In this document: positions 18,361 through 27,279 of the stretch, piece by piece
Numbering within the stretch: position 1 is the stretch's first letter
How the letters are laid out: each line of letters opens with the position of its first letter
DNA from: an uncultured Gammaproteobacteria bacterium
GTDB lineage: Bacteria; Patescibacteriota; Microgenomatia; UBA8517
Direction of reading: 5' to 3'
DNA length: 64,000 bases
Assembly: GCA_964583685.1 (NCBI GenBank)
Contig: CAZOVJ010000002.1
Coordinates: 45,055-109,054, forward strand
Notes under the pieces: generated by a model
What the model was told of the DNA's origin: nothing
The model's input: the letters and a program-made list of their open reading frames with translations, nothing else
The model's database searches: none
Made by a program: the position numbers and the translations under genes

Positions 18361-19929
18361 TTACGTTTTTTCCTTAATCATGCGTCTGAGTGCTTCTTCT
18401 GAAAACCCAAGTTCGTCAGCTAAAAGAACGCCATGGCTTGCCTGGGCCATACCCGGCACAATTTTATATGAAGGGATTATTTTGCCTTTATCGATTTGAA
18501 ATTCTGTTTGCATATTTTGAATGCCTTCCCATTCGTCAACTGCACTTACAACTTCATGAAGGTGTGTGGCGATATAGGTAGGAGCACCAAGCCTTCTTAA
18601 GGCAGAGATAAGCCGTAGCGATATCTCTATAGCATCCTGGGGCGAGGTGCCTTTTATTGGTTCATCTATAAGGAAAAATGTCCTTTTGCTGGCAAACATA
18701 AGGGCTTCCTTTAAACGTCGTAACTCATCGGCAAATCCACCTTCACCACGCTCAATATCTTCAGGGTGGGTAAAATGTGTGCCAATACCGTCAAACTGGC
18801 GGATATCTGCGGTTGTTGCAGGAATAGGAAAACCACTATGTGCAAGAACGAGTGCAAGTCCAACCGCCTTTATATATACAGATTTCCCCGTATTGTTTGG
18901 ACCTGTAATAATAGTAACATTACTATCTGGAAGAGATACTGCGTCGTTTGGCACCATGCCACGGCGTGAGAGAATTACATCTTCTTGCGTAAGCAGACAG
19001 GGGTTATAAAGACCTTTAATATCAAAGTGTACATCAAGGTTCTCTTGTATTGTTGGGAATAGTACAGGTAAGTTATGTGACCTGAGTACGTCAACATAGC
19101 GGGTAGCCCCCAAGAAAAAATCCGCCTTCCTGCGAAAAGTAAGGAACTCTCCGACAATAGACAAATTGCGCTTAGTGAGAAGATCAAATGCTTCAGCGAA
19201 TTTCTTTTCTCCTTCTTCAGGGTATTCGGAAGTAAACCCAGATAACATCAGGAACTTACACTTTACATCCAATGTTCGAAGGGCCCACCGGACAAGTTCT
19301 TTCCACTGTTCACTCTTAGAGTATTGAATATTTTCAACGCCATAAACTGTATCGAAGTAGTCATATTTCACTCGTAATGTTCCTTGACCAAAATTATCCA
19401 TCGAATCAAGAAGACCCAAAGCGGTTTGGTAGTCTTTATTGTTGACTATAATATTTTGACGCTCGCAAAGCTTATCAAATACAGGTGATTGGCATGGTAT
19501 AGAGTCAACCGCTTTTACGCTACCCGCAAGAGTAGCAAGAATAAGGTAGTCAACGGCGATGAGCTTCTTAACTTCTCTTCTGGATGAAAGATTGATATAT
19601 TGTTTCGGTTCCAGATTTCCAAGAAGCTCAAGGCGTTTTTTAGAAGCATCAACACATGCGTATGAACAAACGATAAAGGCGTCAACGGCCTCTCGGGCAG
19701 ATGGATTTTCCAAAAGCTCACTAATTGCCTTACGGTACGCTTCGCACTCTTTTGAGGGCTTAAAGTTTATAAGTTCGTGAGTCATAAATTCGACAGAATC
19801 CTCAGGTCTATACGGTCGAATGAATGAATTTACGAAAAGCGGCAAATCAATATCCTCTATAGCCCGTTCGACTGTAGGATAGTTTTCTTTTCTGGAAAGA
19901 CCTAAGGGTTCAACCTCTGGTTTTGGCAT
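18361..19929 (-). CDS. MutS-related protein (domain V ATPase, no mismatch-binding domain)
   Basis: IITGPNNTGKS, GFPIPA, F.DEL, LIDEP.KGT, ATHLHE; likely start MPKPE. Confidence 0.85.
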   Translation of the reverse strand: MPKPEVEPLGLSRKENYPTVERAIEDIDLPLFVNSFIRPYRPEDSVEFMTHELINFKPSKECEAYRKAISELLENPSAREAVDAFIVCSYACVDASKKRLELLGNLEPKQYINLSSRREVKKLIAVDYLILATLAGSVKAVDSIPCQSPVFDKLCERQNIIVNNKDYQTALGLLDSMDNFGQGTLRVKYDYFDTVYGVENIQYSKSEQWKELVRWALRTLDVKCKFLMLSGFTSEYPEEGEKKFAEAFDLLTKRNLSIVGEFLTFRRKADFFLGATRYVDVLRSHNLPVLFPTIQENLDVHFDIKGLYNPCLLTQEDVILSRRGMVPNDAVSLPDSNVTIITGPNNTGKSVYIKAVGLALVLAHSGFPIPATTADIRQFDGIGTHFTHPEDIERGEGGFADELRRLKEALMFASKRTFFLIDEPIKGTSPQDAIEISLRLISALRRLGAPTYIATHLHEVVSAVDEWEGIQNMQTEFQIDKGKIIPSYKIVPGMAQASHGVLLADELGFSEEALRRMIKEKT

Positions 19930-20012
19930 ATCAAAGCTAAGGGGCAAGGCGTAGCAAAAGCAGAAATTATGATGTGAGCATAACACAGAATGACTTTTGT
20001 GACAATAATATT

Positions 20013-20125
20013 TGTTTCATTTGTCTCACTTCGCTTTGCTCAGTGTTATAACATTCAGCCTCGAACGTGATACAATCGGAGTAATCGGTTATGGGCTCGA
20101 AAGGTTCTAGACCGACCTGCTCAGC
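20013..20125 (+). repeat. Complete array site, closest to consensus
   Basis: tgtttcatttgtctca...tgatacaatcggagtaatcggttatgggctcgaaaggttctagaccgacctgctcagc. Confidence 0.9.
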
Positions 20126-20155
20126 AATATAATCTTTTTGTTATAATACAAATAT

Positions 20156-20659
20156 ATGACACAAACAGATTTACTAAAAAAGATTCAAGATAAACTTAAA
20201 TCCGAAGGGTACGAAGTAAAATCTGATGTTAAATATGGAGATTACACATTTCCCGTAGTTGGTAGGTTGAGTAAGTTTGAGCTTAGCAAGTTTGGTAAAG
20301 CTGATTATTTTGTAGTTGTTGGTGTTGCGCAAGAAGCAAAGCTGTCCGATTTAAGAAGTTTTTCAAGTCAAGCCTATGAGTATGCTGGGAGCAACAGGTC
20401 AACTTCTATGCCCCCAGGCCTAGGCGCGAGCTTTTTTACATTTCCAGTGCTAATTGTAAACAAAGCAGAAGAAAGTGTTGTTGAAGGAGTGAAAAATGGA
20501 ACACCACCCAAACACTGGTCATCTACAGAATTTCCAACAATAGTGGATTTAACTACAGGAAAGATGCACTATTTCACTGGTACTCCAGCTTGGGGTGCAG
20601 CCTATTGGGAAAGTTTCAGAAGGTTAGTAAATAAAGTCATCCCCGTTACAGTTGGTTAA
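20156..20659 (+). CDS. Hypothetical protein
   Basis: 167-aa ORF with TGTTATAAT promoter just upstream. Confidence 0.65.
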   Translation: MTQTDLLKKIQDKLKSEGYEVKSDVKYGDYTFPVVGRLSKFELSKFGKADYFVVVGVAQEAKLSDLRSFSSQAYEYAGSNRSTSMPPGLGASFFTFPVLIVNKAEESVVEGVKNGTPPKHWSSTEFPTIVDLTTGKMHYFTGTPAWGAAYWESFRRLVNKVIPVTVG

Positions 20660-21055
20660 GCCATTCCTTTATTGCTTCTTATGTTGATTCAAGTGTGTTG
20701 TGCAATTTCGTAGTTAATGATATTTGAAATTATAATTTGGTATAACTGCGGGCTGTTGTTGATATAATAAATAAGTTCGAATAGCGTCTATGCTCGCCAG
20801 CAAACTGAGATTTGAACTCCAAAGCTACCCTCCAGCATGATCGGAGAATAATAAATACAGAAAATAATGTAGGAATTTCTTTGTAATAATCGCGAAAAAC
20901 CTTAATTTTATGCAGTTATAATGATATTTTGGTTCGGGACCTATTTCTATCGCACAACATTCGATGGATTAGATATCTACTTAACTCATCTACAATAGAG
21001 AAAATTTTAGAAAAAATGAAATAAGAGCCTATAGCATGGTAAAATCCTCATTACT

Positions 21056-21976
21056 ATGGTTGAAAGAAAGCGTTTCGGTACGATAGAATCTTCCCCAAAA
21101 AGCAGAGGTTCAATCGATCTCGAACTTGGTGAAAGAATTAAGATCCCGTTTACTGGGGCAGAAATCATTTATGCAACTACTATCTCCGGAGATAAGGTGG
21201 TAGTTAAAAAACCACTAAACAACGATCGGGCTAGACATGAATGGGAAGGTCTTAATACAGTAGAATCGACAGGTATTTCTATCCCAAAACCTGTTGCGCT
21301 AATAAGCTATTCAGAGGACCAACTGGCTATTGTATCTAGTTATGTTGAAGGCGATAAATTGTATGATAAACCAAACCCTGATGTAAAAGCAGAAGTTGGA
21401 AGGCAAATTAAAAAAATGCACCAAAGTGCACAGATTGTCGGTGAAGATTGGCTATCTAGTGGTCGAAGCTCATTTCTTTACTATGATAGATATATTTATA
21501 GGTGGTCTAGGGGAAATATCGAAGAGCTGAAAGCAGACGGTAGGACTGCTTCAATATTAGGAGAACTTACCGATGCTGCGGATCAATTCTGTACGCACTC
21601 AGAACCAACATTCAACCACAACGATTTACATGATGGGCAAGTTATCGTAGATGGAAAAGGAAAACCAACAATCATAGATTTTGGAAATTGGACAGAAGAA
21701 ACTTGGATGAACGATATCGGTTATCACTTGTTTCACCTTGTCAGAACTGACAGAGTAGGTGCTGATGACTTTACAAACTTTTTAAACGGATACATGGAAG
21801 GCAAAAAAATGACTGATAAAGAAAAATCAAATTTGGCTTTTTACTTGCTTTTTATATCATCAAGAGCACTAAATTATTTTTACAGAAGACATAGCTCATA
21901 CTTGCCTGTTGCACAAGAGACTCACGAAAAAGTGTTGGCTCATCTTGAAAATGAATCAATCTGGAAAGATTATTAG
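21056..21976 (+). CDS. Aminoglycoside phosphotransferase / choline kinase-like protein
   Basis: VVKK, HNDLH.GQ, IIDFG kinase motifs. Confidence 0.8.
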   Translation: MVERKRFGTIESSPKSRGSIDLELGERIKIPFTGAEIIYATTISGDKVVVKKPLNNDRARHEWEGLNTVESTGISIPKPVALISYSEDQLAIVSSYVEGDKLYDKPNPDVKAEVGRQIKKMHQSAQIVGEDWLSSGRSSFLYYDRYIYRWSRGNIEELKADGRTASILGELTDAADQFCTHSEPTFNHNDLHDGQVIVDGKGKPTIIDFGNWTEETWMNDIGYHLFHLVRTDRVGADDFTNFLNGYMEGKKMTDKEKSNLAFYLLFISSRALNYFYRRHSSYLPVAQETHEKVLAHLENESIWKDY

Positions 21977-22620
21977 CCCTTTTTTTCTAGAAGCTTAAAA
22001 TGAGAGTAATCGTTGATGTAATTTACTTTCCAGGATTTCCTTTGACTGCTGTAAATCAGGAGAGAGATACCTGTGTAGTTTATTGTTAGTGTTCTAATAA
22101 CTCTTGCCATCATCTCATCCGAATAATTATTCCCTAATATAACCATACTTATAAAACATCTGATAAACACGTCATGCGATACGACCAAAATTCGTTTTCC
22201 TTTATATTTTTTCCTTAAGAAACTTGAGAGTTTATCCGCTCTGCCTAGGACTTCTCTCACTGATTCCTCCTTATTTTTAAACTTCCAATCAAGATTTCTG
22301 TAGTTTGCGTAATATTCTTTAACATATTCTCTTGAAATCTTACTGTTTCTATCTGCTCCATACATTTGAGGTAATTGCATTCTTTCGTGTATGTAATCTA
22401 GAGTCTCTGTTTTAATTTTCAGATTACCAGAGAGAATTTCTGTAGTTTTTCTTGACCTTTCCCATTTACTTGAAAAGATTTTGTCTAATCGGGAGAATCT
22501 GGATCTTTGACTTAAAACCTCTGCTTGTTTTTCACCAAACTTGCCCAGTTTGGAGTCAGGAGTCTGCCACTGGTTTCTGGGGGTTTCGCTACTTGCGTGT
22601 CTAACTAAGAACAATAACAT
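21973..22620 (-). CDS. Histidine phosphatase (PGM family)
   Basis: LVRHA, R..T, ES, LVVSHD. Confidence 0.85.
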   Translation of the reverse strand: MLLFLVRHASSETPRNQWQTPDSKLGKFGEKQAEVLSQRSRFSRLDKIFSSKWERSRKTTEILSGNLKIKTETLDYIHERMQLPQMYGADRNSKISREYVKEYYANYRNLDWKFKNKEESVREVLGRADKLSSFLRKKYKGKRILVVSHDVFIRCFISMVILGNNYSDEMMARVIRTLTINYTGISLLIYSSQRKSWKVNYINDYSHFKLLEKKG

Positions 22621-22627
22621 CTTATCC

Positions 22628-23398
22628 TTATTGTACTGTTCCTAGTGCTATAACTCCAATGACGCTTTCATCAATCTTGTCAAAATCGAGAAGTCTGTTT
22701 AAGCCATCGTCAATAAAACCACCTATTGAACAAGCGCCCAACCCCAGCTCGGCAGCTAGTAAGCTAACATTTTGTGCATAGTGACCGTACTCTGTATAAA
22801 TATGCCTCAAACCTCTATCACCATACTTCTCCTCAGTTCTGTCAAATATCGACGATATTACTAGTAAAACAGAAGATTTTCGAATCCAAGGTTGGTTAAA
22901 CTGTTTCATTGTTTCTTTGAAAAAGGGTTTATCATATATCTTTTCCAAAGAATGGCTTTTAACATGATAGTGGTATATTGCTGGCAGCAAATCCTCAACT
23001 TTGAATACAAAAGGATAAATTTCTAATGGGTATCTTGCTCCAGCAGAAGGGTAAAATCGTTTGTCTTTTGTCTTTTTAAACGATAACCTCTTTAACCCGC
23101 ATGAGTAAAACATTAGATTGGAAAAAACAGCGGATTTAATGTTCTTTTTTGTAAATTCTCTTATTGACTCTCTTTTTGTTAATGCATTACTCAAGCTCCA
23201 TTTCGGTTTGGTGGGTGTAGGTAGTAAAACCTGCTCCATCCTGGGATAAGCTTTATAATAAACTTTCTTCCAATGCTCCGGCCAAGTGGAATAAGGTGTT
23301 GTCTTGTATTTACTGAAATCGTCAATCTTTATATTATTATTGAACTCCCTTGATTTAGAGATTTTCAGCGTTTTAATTATTTTTCCTAACTTGTTCAT
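22628..23398 (-). CDS. SagB/ThcOx-family FMN-dependent azoline dehydrogenase
   Basis: RESIR, RFYPSAGARYPLE, KYGDRG, EYGHYAQN, GACSIGGF. Confidence 0.9.
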   Translation of the reverse strand: MNKLGKIIKTLKISKSREFNNNIKIDDFSKYKTTPYSTWPEHWKKVYYKAYPRMEQVLLPTPTKPKWSLSNALTKRESIREFTKKNIKSAVFSNLMFYSCGLKRLSFKKTKDKRFYPSAGARYPLEIYPFVFKVEDLLPAIYHYHVKSHSLEKIYDKPFFKETMKQFNQPWIRKSSVLLVISSIFDRTEEKYGDRGLRHIYTEYGHYAQNVSLLAAELGLGACSIGGFIDDGLNRLLDFDKIDESVIGVIALGTVQ

Positions 23399-23399
23399 G

Positions 23400-24710
23400 T
23401 TATAAAAATGGGTGAGGATAAGTGTTTAATTTTCCGGTATTTTTGTAGCCCAAACTACTCGGAACGTTGTGTAAACGCTCACCTCCCCGTAGTGGGTATT
23501 TTTCATTAAGATACACAGGTTGCATTCTCGGTATCACAACCTTCACTACTTTAAAAGGAATATCCATAAAGTATTTTGAGGTAATATCTTTGTAATATAT
23601 TTTATAACCCCTATCTTCTAGAGATTTTCTTAATATACGCAGCTGGTTTCGTGCAGAAAGATCCTTGTTTGCGGACTCTATTTTTACAAGATCTAAGTTG
23701 TTAATAAAAAAGTCTAACTTTGAGATCGATTTAGATGGGTACCAAAAAAGCCCTCGATTTTTAATTGTAGAATTTTTAATCAACTCTGTTTTTGAAATAT
23801 CTGATGGATTTTGTATATATGATTCGCGTATCCATGTTCTTGTATGAAATGCTTCATTGATCGAACCGATAATTGCACTTTCTATATCTAAGTGAGATTT
23901 TAAACCTACAGAAACAGCTTTACTAAATCCGGTTTCATCGACCACCACAGATGCAACAGCTGGAATGGGCAAATCTGTTCTTATATCTAAAGAAAATATT
24001 TTCAATCTATATCTCTGAGATATTTCTAATAGTTTCTTAACTTTTTCATTATTAGAAGACAAAAGATCATATCTTTTTGGTTTTAGTTTATTCAGATAAT
24101 AAATCATGAATGCATCTCTCTCAATAACTTCATAAATTCCACCCAATATTGCAGAATCTAGTTTAAAATGACCGGCAGCCCCAGTACTAATTGATGGATA
24201 GATGGCTGGCTCTTTTTTGACGGGACGGTAGGATAGGTAAATTACCTGGCAAGGGACGAGACAGCTCTCGTTAGTGTTCAAAGATTTCATTTCTGTCCAC
24301 CTAAACAATGAATTGTCGTCAATTCGAAAATTCTTATATTCATTTTGATGAAGTTGTTTGTCTGAAAAAAATATGAACTTCTCTGGATTAATGGCATTTT
24401 TATTGATTTTCGAATAGCTACCTACATAACTAACCTCTTTATTAAAAAAGGCGAAATTATCATATCTCTCTATCGCTTCAGCTAAAGCTTTTAGTACTGC
24501 CTCATATTGGGAGAAAAATGACACTCCTGAAGCCTTTGAGTGAAAGTGTGCTCCATCTTGCTTTAAATGTTTATCATTGATTGACGCTGAATAATACCAG
24601 AACTTAGGCTCATCATAATGTTGTCGAACTCTTTCAAAAGATTCGACTAATTTAATTTCTTGCAAGATGGGGCTGAGGTTTTTGATCAAACTGATAAAAT
24701 CTTCATTCAT
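23400..24710 (-). CDS. YcaO cyclodehydratase (azoline-forming type)
   Basis: EAIERY, STGAAGH, EVIERDA ATP-binding motifs; C-terminal PHPFL. Confidence 0.9.
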   Translation of the reverse strand: MNEDFISLIKNLSPILQEIKLVESFERVRQHYDEPKFWYYSASINDKHLKQDGAHFHSKASGVSFFSQYEAVLKALAEAIERYDNFAFFNKEVSYVGSYSKINKNAINPEKFIFFSDKQLHQNEYKNFRIDDNSLFRWTEMKSLNTNESCLVPCQVIYLSYRPVKKEPAIYPSISTGAAGHFKLDSAILGGIYEVIERDAFMIYYLNKLKPKRYDLLSSNNEKVKKLLEISQRYRLKIFSLDIRTDLPIPAVASVVVDETGFSKAVSVGLKSHLDIESAIIGSINEAFHTRTWIRESYIQNPSDISKTELIKNSTIKNRGLFWYPSKSISKLDFFINNLDLVKIESANKDLSARNQLRILRKSLEDRGYKIYYKDITSKYFMDIPFKVVKVVIPRMQPVYLNEKYPLRGGERLHNVPSSLGYKNTGKLNTYPHPFL

Positions 24711-24772
24711 AAAAAATACACCTAACCATAGCAGGTTTTGTTAGTCAAGACTATTAATAAATAACTGATTAG

Positions 24773-25000
24773 TTATTTACCTAGTCTATTTTCGGCACAA
24801 TCACAGCCACAGCTCGCACAGCTTGAACAGCTGCCACAACTACCACCACCACAAGCACAGCTTGAACAGTCTCCGCAACTCTGATCACAATCAGAGGCAC
24901 GTACTACACCTTTGGTAGCTTCTGCTTTAATATTTGTGTCGTTTTGCTGGGGCATGGCATCAGCTAAATCTCTCGTTTCTCTTATAACTTCACTCGTCAT
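24773..25000 (-). CDS. Cys/Ser/Gly-rich RiPP precursor peptide (75 aa)
   Basis: RBS GGAGGGGGTGA then ATG at 25000; leader plus core SDCDQSCGDCSSCACGGGSCGSCSSCASCGCDC; immediately upstream of YcaO. Confidence 0.8.
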   Translation of the reverse strand: MTSEVIRETRDLADAMPQQNDTNIKAEATKGVVRASDCDQSCGDCSSCACGGGSCGSCSSCASCGCDCAENRLGK

Positions 25001-25032
25001 TTTTCTCACCCCCTCCCATAGTTTGATGCGAT

Positions 25033-25059
25033 ATTATAACAGCAGTCAAAATATGTCAA
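25033..25059 (-). promoter_or_regulatory. Promoter of the RiPP operon
   Basis: Minus strand has TTGACA...TGTTATAAT (extended -10; the spacer is short, 15 nt). Confidence 0.5.
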
Positions 25060-25122
25060 TTATACTTGAATGTAATATATTCAGCTCACCCATGACTTTT
25101 AAAGACGTTTTTTGAGTACTGT

Positions 25123-25872
25123 TCATTTTTTTACAGTTATCATAAATCTTTTAGAATTAGTTTTTATTCCCTTTCTGGTTTTGTTTTTTTCGATAAATCG
25201 TTCTAGAATCCCAAAATCTTTCTTGCTTTTTCCAAAACCTGGGATTATTGGAGTGTGTTTAAGCAGAAAAATTAAATCTTCTGAAGTTTTGTAATAGACA
25301 GTCGAATTGTATTCTTTCGCTTTGATATTTTTGAACCCAGCTTTTTTCAGACCTTTTATATATTTATTCTTAAGTGTTCCGTCTTTTAATCCATACGCCT
25401 GACCTCTTTTAAAAGCCCGCTTAATGTTAATTTTGTCACCTTCGCTAACTTGTTGTGTGAAAAAGTGACCACCTTTCACTAAGACTCGATAAACCTCTAG
25501 TGGATAAAAGTCACAATGTCTGCTGGTTACAATATCAAAGGAGTTATCAGGGAATTTAAGCTTTACTGAACTCATTCGAAGAAAGCGTACATTTTTATAC
25601 CCTGCTTTGTTAAGGTTTCTTTTTGCAGTGTTAACCATACTGACTGAATGATCTATGCCAGTTATAAACTTCACTTTTTCAGCTAACCTAAGAATTTGTT
25701 CTCCTCCTCCAGTTCCTATATCTAAAAGTTTGTCTGTTGGTTTTGCGATTTTCGCTACTTCCTCAATAAAATTCCATTTTTTACCTTCCTCGATCTTTTT
25801 CAATCGACTGAAGTCCCAACCAATTCGTTTACCAACTCTATTGTAAAATTTCTTGTAATTAACCTGACTCAT
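25123..25872 (-). CDS. Class I SAM-dependent methyltransferase
   Basis: LLDIGTGGG, FPDNSFD, RVLVKGG. Confidence 0.9.
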   Translation of the reverse strand: MSQVNYKKFYNRVGKRIGWDFSRLKKIEEGKKWNFIEEVAKIAKPTDKLLDIGTGGGEQILRLAEKVKFITGIDHSVSMVNTAKRNLNKAGYKNVRFLRMSSVKLKFPDNSFDIVTSRHCDFYPLEVYRVLVKGGHFFTQQVSEGDKINIKRAFKRGQAYGLKDGTLKNKYIKGLKKAGFKNIKAKEYNSTVYYKTSEDLIFLLKHTPIIPGFGKSKKDFGILERFIEKNKTRKGIKTNSKRFMITVKK

Positions 25873-25907
25873 GTTTTGATTATATCGCAAAGTGGTATCA
25901 TACATTT

Positions 25908-26459
25908 ATGAAAGTCTATCTAATCAGGCATGCTATGAGTGTGGATGCAAAAAGAGGAATATCACAAAGAGATAACTCGCCATTGGCTAAAGATGCAATT
26001 AAAGATAAATCTATTAGTTATTATAAAGAATTAGAATTTGATAAAGTATTATGTTCTCCACTGCTTCGAGCGACACAAACAGCAGAAAAACTTTTTGGGA
26101 ATTTTGAAATTGTAGATTACATATATGAATATAAAAGACCTACAGAACTTGATGGAGTTCCAAGAAAAGAAGCTAGAAAATTCTGGGAAAAACATTGGCC
26201 GAAATCGAGTACGGATCCCAACTGGAGCCATGACGGCAGCGAAAGCTTCAATACAATGGTCACAAGGGCTGATAAGTTTTATAAGTTCTTAAAGGGCTTG
26301 AAGTACAAAAGAGTTGCCGTAGTTGGCCATTCTATATTTTTTAGACATTTATTGTCTATACATGCACTTGGTAAGAAAAATTACACAATTGACAAGTATT
26401 ACAAACTTTCCATGTTTATTAAACCCTATCCTCTGCACTACTTAAAGATGGAGCTATAA
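25908..26459 (+). CDS. Histidine phosphatase
   Basis: LIRHA, SPLLRA.QTA, VVGH. Confidence 0.85.
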   Translation: MKVYLIRHAMSVDAKRGISQRDNSPLAKDAIKDKSISYYKELEFDKVLCSPLLRATQTAEKLFGNFEIVDYIYEYKRPTELDGVPRKEARKFWEKHWPKSSTDPNWSHDGSESFNTMVTRADKFYKFLKGLKYKRVAVVGHSIFFRHLLSIHALGKKNYTIDKYYKLSMFIKPYPLHYLKMEL

Positions 26460-26460
26460 G

Positions 26461-26937
26461 ATGACAAGAGTAGCAATAAGAGCTGTCGCAGTTTTAGTAA
26501 AAGACGATAAAGTATTGCTTGTACACAGAACTCGTAATGGAAAAGAATTTTGGGTTTTTCCGGGTGGAGGAGTTGAGGAAGGCGAAAATGTAGAAGAAGC
26601 GGTCGTCCGTGAAGTGGAAGAAGAGGCAAGTACTAAATGTAAAATAGTTAAACTTCTTTATACCCATATCTACTCGAATTTAGGACATAAACAATTCTAT
26701 TACCTATGCGATTACATATCAGGAAACCCAAAATTAGGTGATTTTAATGAATTAGAGACAATGAAAAATGAAGATCAAACTTATGAACCGGGTTGGATAA
26801 AAATTGAAAGTCTATCCAAGAAATTAGTCTATCCTTTGGAAATTCGAGACTGGCTGATTGAAGATTATAGGACGGATTTCAAAAACACACCGAGAGCTGC
26901 AACCTTAAAATCCACCGAGCTTCGTCAAGAGTTATAA
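26461..26937 (+). CDS. NUDIX hydrolase (paralog of 12560-13036)
   Basis: PGGGVEEGE...REVEEEA Nudix box. Confidence 0.9.
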   Translation: MTRVAIRAVAVLVKDDKVLLVHRTRNGKEFWVFPGGGVEEGENVEEAVVREVEEEASTKCKIVKLLYTHIYSNLGHKQFYYLCDYISGNPKLGDFNELETMKNEDQTYEPGWIKIESLSKKLVYPLEIRDWLIEDYRTDFKNTPRAATLKSTELRQEL

Positions 26938-26942
26938 ATTCC

Positions 26943-27229
26943 TTTTTTATACTGTCTCATTTGTCTCATTTAGCCTCAAGTGTGATACACTTTTGACAAG
27001 CGGTTACGGGTCGGGAAGGTTCGAAACCCACCTGCTCAATTATCCCAGAATAGTACGGTAAGTATGGGATCAAGTGGGTCCAGACCCGCATGCTCAATTC
27101 GCTGGGAATAGTACCGTAAGTATGGGATCAAGTGGTGGCAGACCGACCTGCTCAATTAGCTCGGATTAGGAACCCCAGGTTCGATGTCCAGATATGGGAC
27201 TGGAAGGGCCCAGACCGACCTGCTCAGCC
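26943..27229 (+). repeat. TGTCTCA box followed by four tandem array sites (periods 58, 58, 72 bp)
   Basis: GCTCA at 27034, 27092, 27150 and 27222, each preceded by a core hairpin. Confidence 0.9.
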
Positions 27230-27279
27230 AAGACGGGCAGGTGTGTGACCACATGCTCGTGGTTCACGTTCCGATTGAC

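Noticed and set aside
27150-27228. 72-bp unit as a tRNA gene
   Set aside because: It is tRNA-sized and contains GGTTCGA, but I could not build an acceptor stem or cloverleaf.
27016-27229. CRISPR array
   Set aside because: Repeats are degenerate, spacers resemble each other or recur identically elsewhere, and no cas genes are in the window.
27184-27279. N-terminal ORF extensions through repeats (also 14652-14813 and 32244-32333)
   Set aside because: They are translations of the repeat; the frame is not conserved among copies (TAG/CAG, indels) and better downstream starts exist.
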